From Hamiltosporidium tvaerminnensis FI-OER-3-3 (lineage: Eukaryota; Fungi; Microsporidia), in assembly GCA_022605425.2 (NCBI GenBank), contig CM061251.1, positions 496,001 through 560,000 of the forward strand: DNA of 64,000 nucleotides, in the 5' to 3' direction. Of the stretch, positions 51,301 to 62,735 are shown in pieces (position 1 is the stretch's first letter; every line of letters starts with the position of its first letter). The notes below the pieces were generated by a model. It had not been told where the DNA came from. It was given only the letters and a program-made list of their open reading frames with translations, and searched no databases. A program made the translations under genes and the position numbers.

Positions 51301-52008
51301 TATCATACCGTTACTAAGAGGTTTTACGAATCTCATTTATAATCAAGATTCAACCTTTTTTCATTTCATCAAAGAAGCATCTAAATCAATAATGGTTATA
51401 TTTCAGACTTATAATTAAATTTCGCCAAAAAACGTTATAAATTTCTATGAAATCATTTTTTAACCCTCATTAATCTGTAGTTTGATTTTAAAGCTTTAAT
51501 GTCCAAATAAACCCTGATGGTATATTATTATGACTAAAATACAGACCTGTTATAAAAAACACAAATTATTTTGATAAACATTCCGAATATCATTAAAAAA
51601 CCACAAATACAATTCATTATATAATATTTTAGTTATAATGCTTATTAGTTGATCAGATTCAATTATACTTTATTTTTTACGGAGGTTTAATATTCTTTAA
51701 TCTCTTGAATCTAAAAACAAATTCATGGATATTAAAATACAAAAAACATCAAATATCTTGAATTTAATATAATTGAAATATTATTTTTAATAAATTAAAC
51801 CAAATATAGAGAAATCCGATGCAATGTTTACTTCATTAAGTTTCATGTAAAAGAAGATTGATGAGAATCTAAAGCTAATTTTATATTACATTGACACAAT
51901 TTATATAACTGACACATTATACATAAAATTTTTTATAAATTTAATTAACATTATTTTGGTAATTTTTTAAAGTACAATATCAAGATCCAAGTATTTTTTC
52001 TCTTATTC

Positions 52009-52635
52009 CTATAACTCAAAGAAATTTAAGATTTCATTCTCTGATTTTGCCCTGAGTTTGTAACAGGCATCCATGCTCAAATATAATGTTTCATCTGTTG
52101 AATCATATCGTGTAAAAATGATTTTTGGAATATACTTGTTTATAGGATGGGATGTTTCTATGAACCTCTTAAAATTATTCAAAATGGAACTTAAAACCCC
52201 CTTATCGGAATTCCAATAGCTTAAAAGCGATATTTTATGCTCGATATTCTTAATTACAATATCTTTATATTCCAAAACCGACATAACTTTTATAGATTTT
52301 TTCAAGGGAAATATAAAAACGTTTTTTTCTAGGATTATTACAGTGGGAAATTTTGGAGAAAATCTGCTTTTAAACATCTTATATTCACCTATATTTACTG
52401 TATCATCTACTGTCAGTAAAACTTTTTTTCCATCAAAGACTTTTTTCTTAATTTCTTTTTCATTCAAATCTACGAAGTATTTCATATTTCTTTCGAAACG
52501 TCCAAAGAAGAATGATGAAATACTCATATTTTTAAAATTTACAGCATAAAATACAACGCCAACTGTCGCTAAAAAGAATAAAAAAGAAAGTCCATTTAAT
52601 ACTAAAATCAAATATTTTTGAGAAAAATTGTTCAT
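52009..52635 (-). CDS. Hypothetical protein with N-terminal transmembrane helix
   Basis: 208 aa ORF; TM YLILVLNGLSFLFFLATVGVVFYAV; CCCC 6 nt upstream of ATG. Confidence 0.7.
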   Translation of the reverse strand: MNNFSQKYLILVLNGLSFLFFLATVGVVFYAVNFKNMSISSFFFGRFERNMKYFVDLNEKEIKKKVFDGKKVLLTVDDTVNIGEYKMFKSRFSPKFPTVIILEKNVFIFPLKKSIKVMSVLEYKDIVIKNIEHKISLLSYWNSDKGVLSSILNNFKRFIETSHPINKYIPKIIFTRYDSTDETLYLSMDACYKLRAKSENEILNFFEL

Positions 52636-52978
52636 TTTCGAGGGGACGAAATTCTAAACATTTATTAAATAATTTTAGAAACAAACTAAGTATTTTCAAA
52701 GAGTTATAAAATGGATTTGTTTATATTTTCTTCTGATATTTTATTTCATGTTCCAATAAATTATAAAACGATTGATTTATACAAACAAAAAACATTCTAA
52801 TAAAAATATTTTCATAATTATCTATAAATTATGATTACTGTCGTATTTAAAACCCCTCCCATTTTATATCGCCCCCTTTATTTTATATAATTACAAAAAC
52901 AAAAAAAATCTTTAAAAACATATGGAGTCGGTTAAAAAAATTATAACACTTATAATATAAAATAACTTTATTTAAAAG

Positions 52979-53695
52979 TATCACATATTTTTAAAACAGT
53001 GGCAAGTGTTATATTTGTTTTCATGACATTAACGCAGTTCTAGGTTTAACATAAATAACTGCTACCCCAAAACTCCATCAGTAACCCCTGCGATACCTAC
53101 GTCCCAATGCCTTTCATCTACCAGGTGTGTAGAACCTAATTTATAGGCGAGGAAGTTGCCCGGAGTTCGTTAATGTCCGTTGCATGGAGTGTGATCGAAG
53201 CCGAAGCCCCCCCCTGGGCTCTCCCAAGACTATGCAGCATTCCTACTTACTCTGCACTATATAAACCCAATAAACTTCTAGCTAAGATATATTTCAGAGA
53301 ATTACATGGGGTCCACCTAGACAGTGCAATGTCATACCAACAGGTATAACCTGCTACTTAGCTCTCCCGGCTTTAAATGGTTTTTTGTTTTATATCTCCC
53401 AGGCGCGAAGTCTTCTAACTCGAGTGAGCAAGGCTAGGTTTCCATGCTTTTTCATGGCAATTACCTACGTGTTCAGCTGCAGTCTGCAATCTGGTTACAT
53501 AAAAAACTAAAAATAAATTTGTGGAAAAAGTTTCGCCATTTCTTAAACGTCTTCTCCTCATAACAACTCTCATGGAACAACCGGAGATGTAGTGTGGTTT
53601 TATTCTCACTAAAAATCCAAAAAATGATCTCACACCAGTTTCACACACTCATTGCCAAGCAGAAAGTTTTTTATGTGGTTATCCTCCCTTTACTA
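52979..53695 (-). repeat. Family A copy 5 (best preserved)
   Basis: rc TAGTAAAGGGAGGATAACCACATAAAAAACT...ACACTTGCCACTGTTTTAAAAATATGTGATA. Confidence 0.9.
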
Positions 53696-55735
53696 TTATA
53701 AAATATAATCGTATAAATTTTTATTTTCCGCGTATATATTTCTTTTAGTTTATTATTACAAAATCTTGCTTAAAAGTATATTGAACAACTATTTTTTATG
53801 GTGTTCTTGGAGGCCAACGTTTGCCAAACAGTTTGAGTATATACAAAAATTAGAAGATTTTCGACTTAGAGTCATACATTTCATTGTATTACATTTTTTT
53901 GTTCCATTATGTATAGAATCTTAAAATTTTATTGTGCAAAAATATAATATTTTAGGATTTAATAAGATATTTGGCATTACTACTTAGAATCATCTCTAAA
54001 TGAACATTTGAAGGAACAGAAAGCGCATTAGACAGAAAACATGATCGTTTGTATTATATCAATGGCTATTTTTCTAAAAAAACCCGATGAAATAATTTTA
54101 AGAAGAATTTTCATAGTTATATATTAGTCATTAAAATGATAAGTAGAATGTGGTGTAAGAGTGGCTAAATTTCCAGGATAAAGAAAATGGCTTTATCAAA
54201 AGAAAATTACTGCAGAATACCACCAGCTACAGTAAAATATTATGTAAATATATGTAGTAAGTATATAAATTTGCTCTTAGAAGAATTTTAAATACCAATT
54301 CGCAGCTTATAAATTTTGCTTGTAATACTGAAAAAGTTAGATAAAATGATTTCAATTTTGTTCCTACAACTCAAGCAAACACCAAAAACTCATTTTGATG
54401 ATGAAACATATATTTAATAGATTTAATTACATAATAATACTATATTAATACCCAAAAACATTTGGAAAAATAAATAAAACACATATTTAAACAATAAGTT
54501 TATGAGAATTGGATAAAAAAAATAAATTTTTATTTGTTATTTTCTAGTTATTCTAGATTTTTTCCTATTATTTAACTTCAAATTTTATAATTTTTTTATA
54601 TATTATTTCTATATACTGCCAATCAATTTCCGGCCAAATTTCCTAAAATACTCTTTCGCGCCAAAAAACGTATAAAGGCATTTCATTTTTTTCATATTAC
54701 AATAATCTTAATTAGCATGCAGAAAATTTCTGTGTTTCTTTACCATTGGTTAATTGCAAAGCAAAATAAAGGAGGCTTAGTAGGAGGAGATGCGTTTTGA
54801 AATATGACAATTAACTATAATTATACCGATTTGTGTAAATACAAACAAAACCGGTGCCTTGATTTGTCACTGTGATACATTGCAAAAAATTCAAAATCAT
54901 TTACCACCAAACATTAAATGAATTTGGACTAAAAACATTACATTCCTTGTTTTTTGATGAATTTATGATGTTTGTTAATCAGATTCATTCTGCTTGTTTA
55001 TCAAAAGCTTCGTTTAATTTCATATTAAAAGTGATGAAAAAAACATCAAAATGATTTTTTATTGAAATAAATATTCATTAAAAACTGTTTCTTTCAAATA
55101 ATTCTCTAAATATTTCAAATATTCCAAATATTTTTGAAATCTAATTAAAAGATAAATAAAAAAGTCTAAAACTTTAATTTAAAAAAATTGTAAATTTTAT
55201 TTACTAAAATACAATTAAATTCATTAGAAGTCATTTAAATATTTTATAGATTAAATCGAATCGCTTTTACCTACAAAAAAAATAAGATTTTGGAAATATT
55301 TCATATAAATTGAAATACCAAATGAATAAGAAGATAAATCAAAGTTATATTTTTCTTAAAAATCAAATTTAAAAGTAATAATTGAATTATATGTCAAAGC
55401 TCTTACATTTTTTAGGGAAACAAAATCAAATTATAAATCGAAAAATTATTATTTTCATTTAAATTTAATAAATGAATTTGATATTAGAAGAAATAAATAA
55501 TTTTTCTAGGCTCTTAATAAACTTTTTCATAAGTGTAAAATACCTATTTAATTAAAGATTAGAAATTACTAGTTTAAATAGAAATATATTAATTTTATTG
55601 AAATTAAAAATAAATTATCATCTTTGATCAATCAATTCTCTTGAAAATTTGCTAATATATTATTTCCCTTTTTTAAAAAAATAATTAATCATATTAAATT
55701 AGAAAGTATAAAATAAAAAAAATGAAAATACAATA

Positions 55736-57022
55736 ATGGAAATCAAAGAAGGAAGAGAAGGTAATCGAATTTTACCTGTTATTTTTAAATTAGCAACAAC
55801 TAATAATTCAAGTAAAGGTTTCTATACAAAAAATTGGTGTAAAAAAATAGAATATGAGAGACTAAAATCATTAGAAAAAGGTAAAAATATTTTAAAAAAT
55901 TATGCTGAGAAAACATCAGATTATTCGAGAAAAATCAACAGTGGTATTGTAGAGATTATTAGGGAGTCTAAAAAAACGTATTCGGATTATTTTTTAACCA
56001 AGAATGAGATAAAAAGCATTTCGATCTCAAAAATTATTTTTGATCTCAGAAAATCTTCTTATAATTTAAAAATACTTGTTACAATGGCTAAAGGTACGGT
56101 TAAACTTTATTTTTTAAAAATTGAAAGTTTGGAAAATGAAATTATTGGTTTAATTCGTTGTACTTTTTTAAACGAAAAAAATAAGCTTTTGTACAAAAAA
56201 AAATCGAAAAATAATATTTTTGTCATAAAAAATTGTAAAAACGAGAAAATGAATACAAGAAAAGCAAATATACTTGAAGATAACATTTATATTGATGATG
56301 ATTTTGTACCTGATGATGAAATTTTGTTTTCAAATTCCGATCCTGAAATGCAGCTTAAAGATTCATACTCTAATTATGGAGATCATACAGTAGAATGTAG
56401 TGATATTCATTCGAATAATACCAATTTTCAGAACAATACAACCGATTCTATTGCTCAGAATACGATTTTAGAAAACGAAAGCAAGTTCTTATCTAAAATT
56501 GAAAAACAATTTATTATCGATGAGAATATTGAAATGCCGTTTTTTCCTTTGATTTTTTGTCCGAAAAAAGTAAAAGTTTGTAAAGATTCAATTTTATTTC
56601 AAAAAAAAATTAAAGAAAATACACCAGTATTTATTAAATTAAAAGAATTAATAAAAAATAAAGAAATTATAAGTGATCAAGAGCATAATCTTAATAACAA
56701 TATATGTGAAGGGTGGGAAGGAATAGATGCTGAATTTGAAAATTTTTATGTTTCAAACGAATATGATTCTATTGAGAATATACGGTTAGCTTCATCAATT
56801 TCTTTAAATCCAGATGAATCCTCGTGTTTCTTATTTGAAAATAAATTCAATTTGAATGAAAAAATCGTTTTTTCTGAATTAGTAGCAGGTTATTCCAAAA
56901 GAAATGCATACGAATATTTTTTTAAGCTTTTATTTTTATCTCAAAAAGATTTGGTAAGTTTAAAACAAAAATATGATGGAGAAATTTATATTATAAGAAA
57001 CCCCGGAGGTAATTTAAAATAA
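55736..57022 (+). CDS. Kleisin, Rad21/Rec8 family
   Basis: N-terminal IFKLAT...SISISKII..YNLKILVTMAKGTVKLY (cf. LRLSxxLLxGVVRIY); C-terminal winged helix FSELVAGYSKRNAYEYFFKLLFL...VSLKQKYDGEIYI. Confidence 0.7.
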   Translation: MEIKEGREGNRILPVIFKLATTNNSSKGFYTKNWCKKIEYERLKSLEKGKNILKNYAEKTSDYSRKINSGIVEIIRESKKTYSDYFLTKNEIKSISISKIIFDLRKSSYNLKILVTMAKGTVKLYFLKIESLENEIIGLIRCTFLNEKNKLLYKKKSKNNIFVIKNCKNEKMNTRKANILEDNIYIDDDFVPDDEILFSNSDPEMQLKDSYSNYGDHTVECSDIHSNNTNFQNNTTDSIAQNTILENESKFLSKIEKQFIIDENIEMPFFPLIFCPKKVKVCKDSILFQKKIKENTPVFIKLKELIKNKEIISDQEHNLNNNICEGWEGIDAEFENFYVSNEYDSIENIRLASSISLNPDESSCFLFENKFNLNEKIVFSELVAGYSKRNAYEYFFKLLFLSQKDLVSLKQKYDGEIYIIRNPGGNLK

Positions 57023-57744
57023 TATATTCGAATTTCTAAATAAAATTTCTGTAATTTTTTTTGTCTCTAATTTATTATCGTTTTAAAAGTTTTGATTTTA
57101 TTCTTAGTTCTGATATTTGACTCTTTTTAAACCAAAAGTTCTTTTTTTCACCGTACCTCGGCATTTTTCAAACTATTTCATTTAAAATAATTATCTTAAT
57201 TGTTCAGATATTTTAAATAATATTAGTATTTATATTATTAAAAATTCTTTGAATATAATATCGGGGTATATTCATGTCCCCCGAATCTTCAATATCATAA
57301 TCGCTCAACCTCATTAACATAACTTCTAAAACATGTTCACAAATGCTCTATCTAACTTTAATCATTAATATTGTATTTCGTCTCTTATTTTTTAAAAATA
57401 TAAAAAACTTCCCTATTCACTAACTTTATGGTTAAATATTCTATAGAGAATGTAAAATATTTAAATTATTTCGAAATAATGAATTGCATTGAGACTTTTA
57501 AACAGATAATTTTATTTATCTTTAAGAGAGTAAAAATTCACAAAACTTATTTTTCAAACAAAAAAACTTTGTTTTTCAATTCTGTTAAAATAATTTCGTA
57601 GAATGAATAATCATTTCACCTCTCATAAGCTATTTACGTGTATTTCATTTAAATAATAAGTTTAATATTTTCATATAAATGCTAAAAACAATATTTGTAA
57701 TATAAAAATTCTTTTTTTCTAATATTTATACACATATCAACACA

Positions 57745-58180
57745 GATCATGTAATCCTTACCCTCGAATATTTTTTAGAAAAATTTGCCTCAAATATCAC
57801 AATTTTTTTAACTTTAAATAATTTTAAGGTTATGCTTTAATCCGATATCTTTAACAGTATTATAAAGCAAATATCCAGAACATACTATATATCGATCATA
57901 GGTTTGAAAAACACTCGAGCAACATGGAATATTTTCAATGTTTTTATATTTTGACTTTAACTACTATTTGTGATATCTTTCTTGATGAAATGAAATTCTT
58001 AGGATATTATTCTATTACAATTTATTTTCGTTCAAACTTACCTTGTCTTTACCGAAACTTATTAAACAAATTTTTTGTCAACTAATTGTCTGATTTCTTT
58101 TAATTGGCTTTTAAAATGTAATTTTTCCTCGAGTTTTTTTCGTAATATTGATACTCTTATCATTTGATTTCTGAATAATT
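57745..58180 (+). mobile_element. Possible very decayed LTR-retrotransposon RT fragment
   Basis: CNPYPRIFFRK, FEKHSSNME and CDIFLDEMKFLGY occur in RT motif order (CNAPxxFQR, EEHLxHL, KCxFxxxEVKFLG); YxDD not intact. Confidence 0.3.
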
Positions 58181-58251
58181 TTTTAATCATATAATTGTTT
58201 TTATAACAACACTTTGAATAAACCCACACATACTTCAGATGCAATATATAA

Positions 58252-58431
58252 TTCTTACATACTTTTTAAACATTCTTTAAGTCTCTACTTGCAACTTATC
58301 TTACCAACGATTACTTTTATAAACAGATAAAGGTATTTTCTTACATACTTTTTAAACATTCTTTAAGTCTCTACTTGCAAGTTATCTTACCAACGATTAC
58401 TTTTTATAAACAGATAAAAGTATTTTCTTAC
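58252..58431. repeat. 86/87-bp near-perfect tandem duplication upstream of RecQ
   Basis: TTCTTACATACTTTTTAAACATTCTTTAAGTCTCTACTTGCAA...ACAGATAAA at 58252 and 58338. Confidence 0.9.
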
Positions 58432-58721
58432 TAAACAAATAAATTTACCTTAACTATTTTTTAGAATCAGTCAGATTATAACGAAAAAAAATTTGGATTA
58501 TATTCTTTTAAATTATATAAAGTTTAAAATTTCTTTAAAATCTTTTAACAAATACGAGATTAAAAAGATGATATTTAAACTTTCTAAACTGTGTAAAGTC
58601 ATTCAAACGAATTTTTTAAAAAAAATATAAAATATAAAATATGAAATTTTCATAACGAAAATATATTTTAATCGTTTTTTTAAAAAAATATATTTAAACC
58701 GGTAAAAAATATTGGTATGGG

Positions 58722-61211
58722 ATGGTAAAATTACAAAGTTCAGAAGATGATGACTATATTTTTACTAAGGTAGTCTTAAAGGCGTATGAGGAAAATGAAA
58801 ATAAAGAAAAAGAAGTTTCTTTGGATTTAAAAAATATTTCTGTTTCTTCTGACGTAAGTGAAATTTCTTTTTTAAATAAAAATAATTATTTATGCGAGGA
58901 AATGGATGAAAAAGATATTGTAATCGTTAAAGAAAGAACTGTTGATTTTCAAGAATCTAGTTCCGTAGGTAATATGGATATACATGAAGGCCAAATAACC
59001 AGTAGCCTTCCATCTAGTGATAGATTTATAGATATTTTAGAAGCAAATACGTCTAATGAAAATTGCGATGAAATAGAAATTGTATCTCATAGAACAGTAA
59101 AACCAAAAATTTCTAAAAAAATAAATGATCTAGAAAGAGGAAATAATAATCAAATACATAGACTAGACAATATAAAATCAAAAAGTAAAATAGATGATCG
59201 TGAAGTAGAAGAAATAAACAATAATTATGACTTTGAAATAACTGAAAATATAAAATCAAAAAGTAAAATGGAGGATCGTGAAGTAGAAGAAATAAACAAT
59301 AATTATGACTTTGAAATAACTGAAAATATAAAATCAAAAAGTAAAATAGATGATCGTGAAGTAGAAGAAATAAACAATAATTATGACTTTGAAATAACTG
59401 AAAATATAAAATCAAAAAGTAAAATAGAAGATCGTGAAGTAGAAGAAATAAACAATGATTATGATTGTGAAATAAATGAAAATATAAAATCGAAAAATAT
59501 AATGGGAAATACCGCCACGGATGATTTATTTGTTTCCAATTTGGACAATGAAATCGAATTAGAAAATATTTTTGATTCTGAAGAGAAAAATCAAAAAATA
59601 GAAGACAAACCAATATCACCTGCTTATACTGTTTTAAGACACATTTTTAAATTGCAGAATTTCAGAGAAAACCAAGAAAAAATAATTGAAACTACTTTGG
59701 CAAAAAAAGATGTTTTTGTTTTGATGCCAACTGGTGGTGGGAAAAGTCTTTGCTATCAACTCCCCGCATTACTTTCTGATGGATTGACAGTTGTTGTAAG
59801 TCCATTATTATCTTTAATAACTGATCAAGTTAGAAATTTATTGGTTAAAGATATTCCTGCTTTGGCTTTGAACTCTTCAATATCTTTGAGTGAAAAAAAA
59901 TTAATTTATGATGTTTTGTACAAAATACCGCTCGTTTCCAAATTACTTTATGTTACACCAGAATTGATAGCAAAAAGTGCGCAATTTAAATCATTGATGG
60001 ATTTTTTAATTTCAAAAAAACTACTTTCACGTTTCGTTATTGATGAAGCACATTGTGTATCTCAATGGGGATATGACTTTAGACCAGACTATAAAGATCT
60101 TTCGTGCTTGAAAAAATTATTTCCTTATGTTCCTATCATGGCACTGACAGCAACTGCTACTAGAAAAGTTGAAAACGATATAATAAAAAGCTTGGATTTA
60201 AAAAATTGTAATACATTTAGAATGAGTTTTAATAGAAAAAATTTGAGATATTATGTTCATAAAAAAACCAAAACTGTAGATATAGACATAGTTTCGTTTA
60301 TAAATACATATTTTCCTGATTCTTGTGGAATAATTTATTGTACTTCAAAAAAAGAATGTGAAATGATGAGTGAAAGACTGAATACAAAATATAATTTAAA
60401 AACACATTTTTACCACGCAGGATTGAGTACTAAAGAGCGTAATGCTGTACAAAATGGATGGAATAATTCAGAATATAATATTATAATAGCGACAATTGCA
60501 TTTGGGATGGGAATAGATAAAAAAGATGTAAGATTTGTCATTCATTATTCCCTTCCAAAATCATTAGAAGGATATTACCAAGAAACAGGTCGTGCTGGTA
60601 GAGATTCTTTAGAAAGTGTTTGTGTTCTGTTTTACAATTATGGTGACAAAAAGAAAATAGAATTTATGATTGATAGAAACGATGCAGGCTATGATCAAAA
60701 ACAAAGGCAAAAAGATGACCTTCGTTATGTAATTCAATATTGTGAAAATTCTACAGATTGTAGAAGAGAATTGCTTCTTTTTCATTTTAATGAAAATTTT
60801 AGTAAAACCGAATGTAAAGGCACTTGTGACAACTGTGAAAGAGGATTCAAAGGTATAAAAAAAGACATAACAAAGCAATGTAGAGAATTATCTCAATTAT
60901 TAAAAAGTACAAACCGTAAAATAAGTGTAAACCAAATTGTAGATGTCTATAGAGGATCAGAAAATAAAAAAAGTTTAGAATTTGAAAAAAATTGTTTCTA
61001 TGGAAGAGGCAAGGACTTAAAAAGAGGAGAAGTAGAAAGAATTGTAAGATTTATGGTAACAGATGGTTATTTTATAGAAAAGATAGAAGTCACCGTCAGT
61101 GGATTTAGTTGGGCGTATTTGAAGCCTGGTAAGCAGATTAAAGGAAAAGTTGAAATGGTTGTAGAAGATGAAGAAATTATCAAAAACAGTGTCAAGAAAA
61201 GCAAACAGTAA
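58722..61211 (+). CDS. SGS1: RecQ DNA helicase (Sgs1/BLM-like)
   Basis: MPTGGGKSLCYQLP, VIDEAHCVSQWGYDFRPDY, ATIAFGMGIDKKDVRFVIH, YYQETGRAGRD, RQC zinc CRR..C..TCDNC. Confidence 0.93.
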   Translation: MVKLQSSEDDDYIFTKVVLKAYEENENKEKEVSLDLKNISVSSDVSEISFLNKNNYLCEEMDEKDIVIVKERTVDFQESSSVGNMDIHEGQITSSLPSSDRFIDILEANTSNENCDEIEIVSHRTVKPKISKKINDLERGNNNQIHRLDNIKSKSKIDDREVEEINNNYDFEITENIKSKSKMEDREVEEINNNYDFEITENIKSKSKIDDREVEEINNNYDFEITENIKSKSKIEDREVEEINNDYDCEINENIKSKNIMGNTATDDLFVSNLDNEIELENIFDSEEKNQKIEDKPISPAYTVLRHIFKLQNFRENQEKIIETTLAKKDVFVLMPTGGGKSLCYQLPALLSDGLTVVVSPLLSLITDQVRNLLVKDIPALALNSSISLSEKKLIYDVLYKIPLVSKLLYVTPELIAKSAQFKSLMDFLISKKLLSRFVIDEAHCVSQWGYDFRPDYKDLSCLKKLFPYVPIMALTATATRKVENDIIKSLDLKNCNTFRMSFNRKNLRYYVHKKTKTVDIDIVSFINTYFPDSCGIIYCTSKKECEMMSERLNTKYNLKTHFYHAGLSTKERNAVQNGWNNSEYNIIIATIAFGMGIDKKDVRFVIHYSLPKSLEGYYQETGRAGRDSLESVCVLFYNYGDKKKIEFMIDRNDAGYDQKQRQKDDLRYVIQYCENSTDCRRELLLFHFNENFSKTECKGTCDNCERGFKGIKKDITKQCRELSQLLKSTNRKISVNQIVDVYRGSENKKSLEFEKNCFYGRGKDLKRGEVERIVRFMVTDGYFIEKIEVTVSGFSWAYLKPGKQIKGKVEMVVEDEEIIKNSVKKSKQ
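59169..59495 (+). repeat. 78-bp (26-aa) coding tandem repeat, ~4.2 copies, in RecQ N-terminus
   Basis: NIKSKSKIDDREVEEINNNYDFEITE units start at 59169, 59247, 59325, 59403. Confidence 0.95.
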
Positions 61212-61902
61212 ATAAATAAATAAATAAATAAATTAATAAATTAATAATATAATAATTTATTGTTAAATATTAAATCTAACTCATAAAATATTTTTAGAAT
61301 TTATAGTTAAATATAATTTTGTTAAATCTATTATGAGATGATACTTTGTAATGAAAAAAAATGTTTGAAATTTTTTTAAATATCGTACTTTCAAATAGAT
61401 GTTTGTATTAAACTAAATATATTTGATTACTAGAAATATATGAATTTCAATAAAAGGCTAGGAATAAATTTATTTTAATAGGATATTAATAGCTTAGTAT
61501 ATATTAAAACAAGTCAGTCTATTAATTCATAGAAGATTAAAAAATATTTTTTACAAAAAATGAATAAAAATTATATGATTATTTTTAAAATATTTGAGCA
61601 TCGGCTTTACCATCTATTTAAATTTACTGTTTTTTTTAAAAAATTTGTTTTCTCGTTAAATTTACAAAATCATTTATTTTGATTTAAAAAAAATTTACAG
61701 TTGATAATTTATGTTTTGGGCAAAAAATAAAATGAAAATAAATGTTTAAAAATAAATTTTGATTTGTTTTTTGGAAATATTTAAATTGTAAAATAAATTG
61801 TAAAATGTGGACAGAATCATGTAAATTATATGTTCGTTTCAGAAATAATATTAAAAAAATTCTTTTAACAAGAAAATAGCTTATAATAATTGGCATAAAA
61901 AA

Positions 61903-61975
61903 TACCCGACGCGGGACTCGAACCCGCGGCCCTCAGATTAAGAGTCTGATGCTCTACCGACTGAGCTAGCCAGGC
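61903..61975 (-). tRNA. tRNA-Lys (anticodon CTT)
   Basis: rc GCCTGGCTAGCTCAGTCGGTAGAGCA-TCAGA-CTCTTAA-TCTGA-GGGCC-GCGGGTTCGAGTCCCGC-GTCGGGTA, 73 nt. Confidence 0.93.
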
Positions 61976-62735
61976 TTATAATGGCTATTTTATGTACTAT
62001 ATATTTATAATAATATTTATATAATTTTGGGTTTTTTACTTTCATATTCTTGATCCTATTCTGCTTATTGCTTGTTTTATTGGCTTGTGAGTTTTATTTA
62101 AATCATTTTATATACTTTGAATGTGATTTGATTTCTGTAAATTATCCCCACTTCGGGGTTCATTTATTTTAATATTTTTGCGTAACACCTTATTTACAAT
62201 TAGAGTTATGCGTAGTAGACTTATGAGTTACTCGGTTCTTTGTTGATATCCGTTGATGTCTTTTCCAGATCTTATCCGAATCTGTTATAAATTACTAAAA
62301 TTATAGATTTAAACTGATTTTGTCGTTATATAGAGGATAATATTTTATAAATAAAAATTGATACTAAACACGTTTTTTTCGTTACCCTTGCTCCACTCTT
62401 TCATCTTTCAATTTGAATATTTTTTATTCGATTCTTTTCTATAATTAGATTCAATGACTTGATATCGATCATTTCGCTTACAATTTATGGTTCAAAATTT
62501 CGGGTTATTTTTTTCTTGCCATCATTATTTTCATTAGTGTCTATATATAATGGAGATATATATTAGGGTTAAATTAACATTTTTTTAATGGAACGCGGGA
62601 TTGTCTTTTCAGTTCACCTGGCATCTGATTTTAATCTGATTATTTTCGTCGTTGCAACAAAAAACTACTATTTTATAAAATTTTGTTTAAAAAAATTGAT
62701 ACATGTAAAAACAGTAATATTTTTATTGATATAAC

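Noticed and set aside
52009-52635. Possible degenerate acyltransferase fold
   Set aside because: No HxxxxD or FPEG motif; resemblance too weak
53671-53682. ATAACCACATAA (element strand) plus pseudoknot as a telomerase-RNA template
   Set aside because: Would encode TTATGTGG, no such arrays are seen, and the motif is not conserved across copies
59113-59619. 168-aa antisense ORF and other antisense ORFs (4121, 5072, 10893, 35297, 52343, 60609)
   Set aside because: Shadows of real genes on the opposite strand
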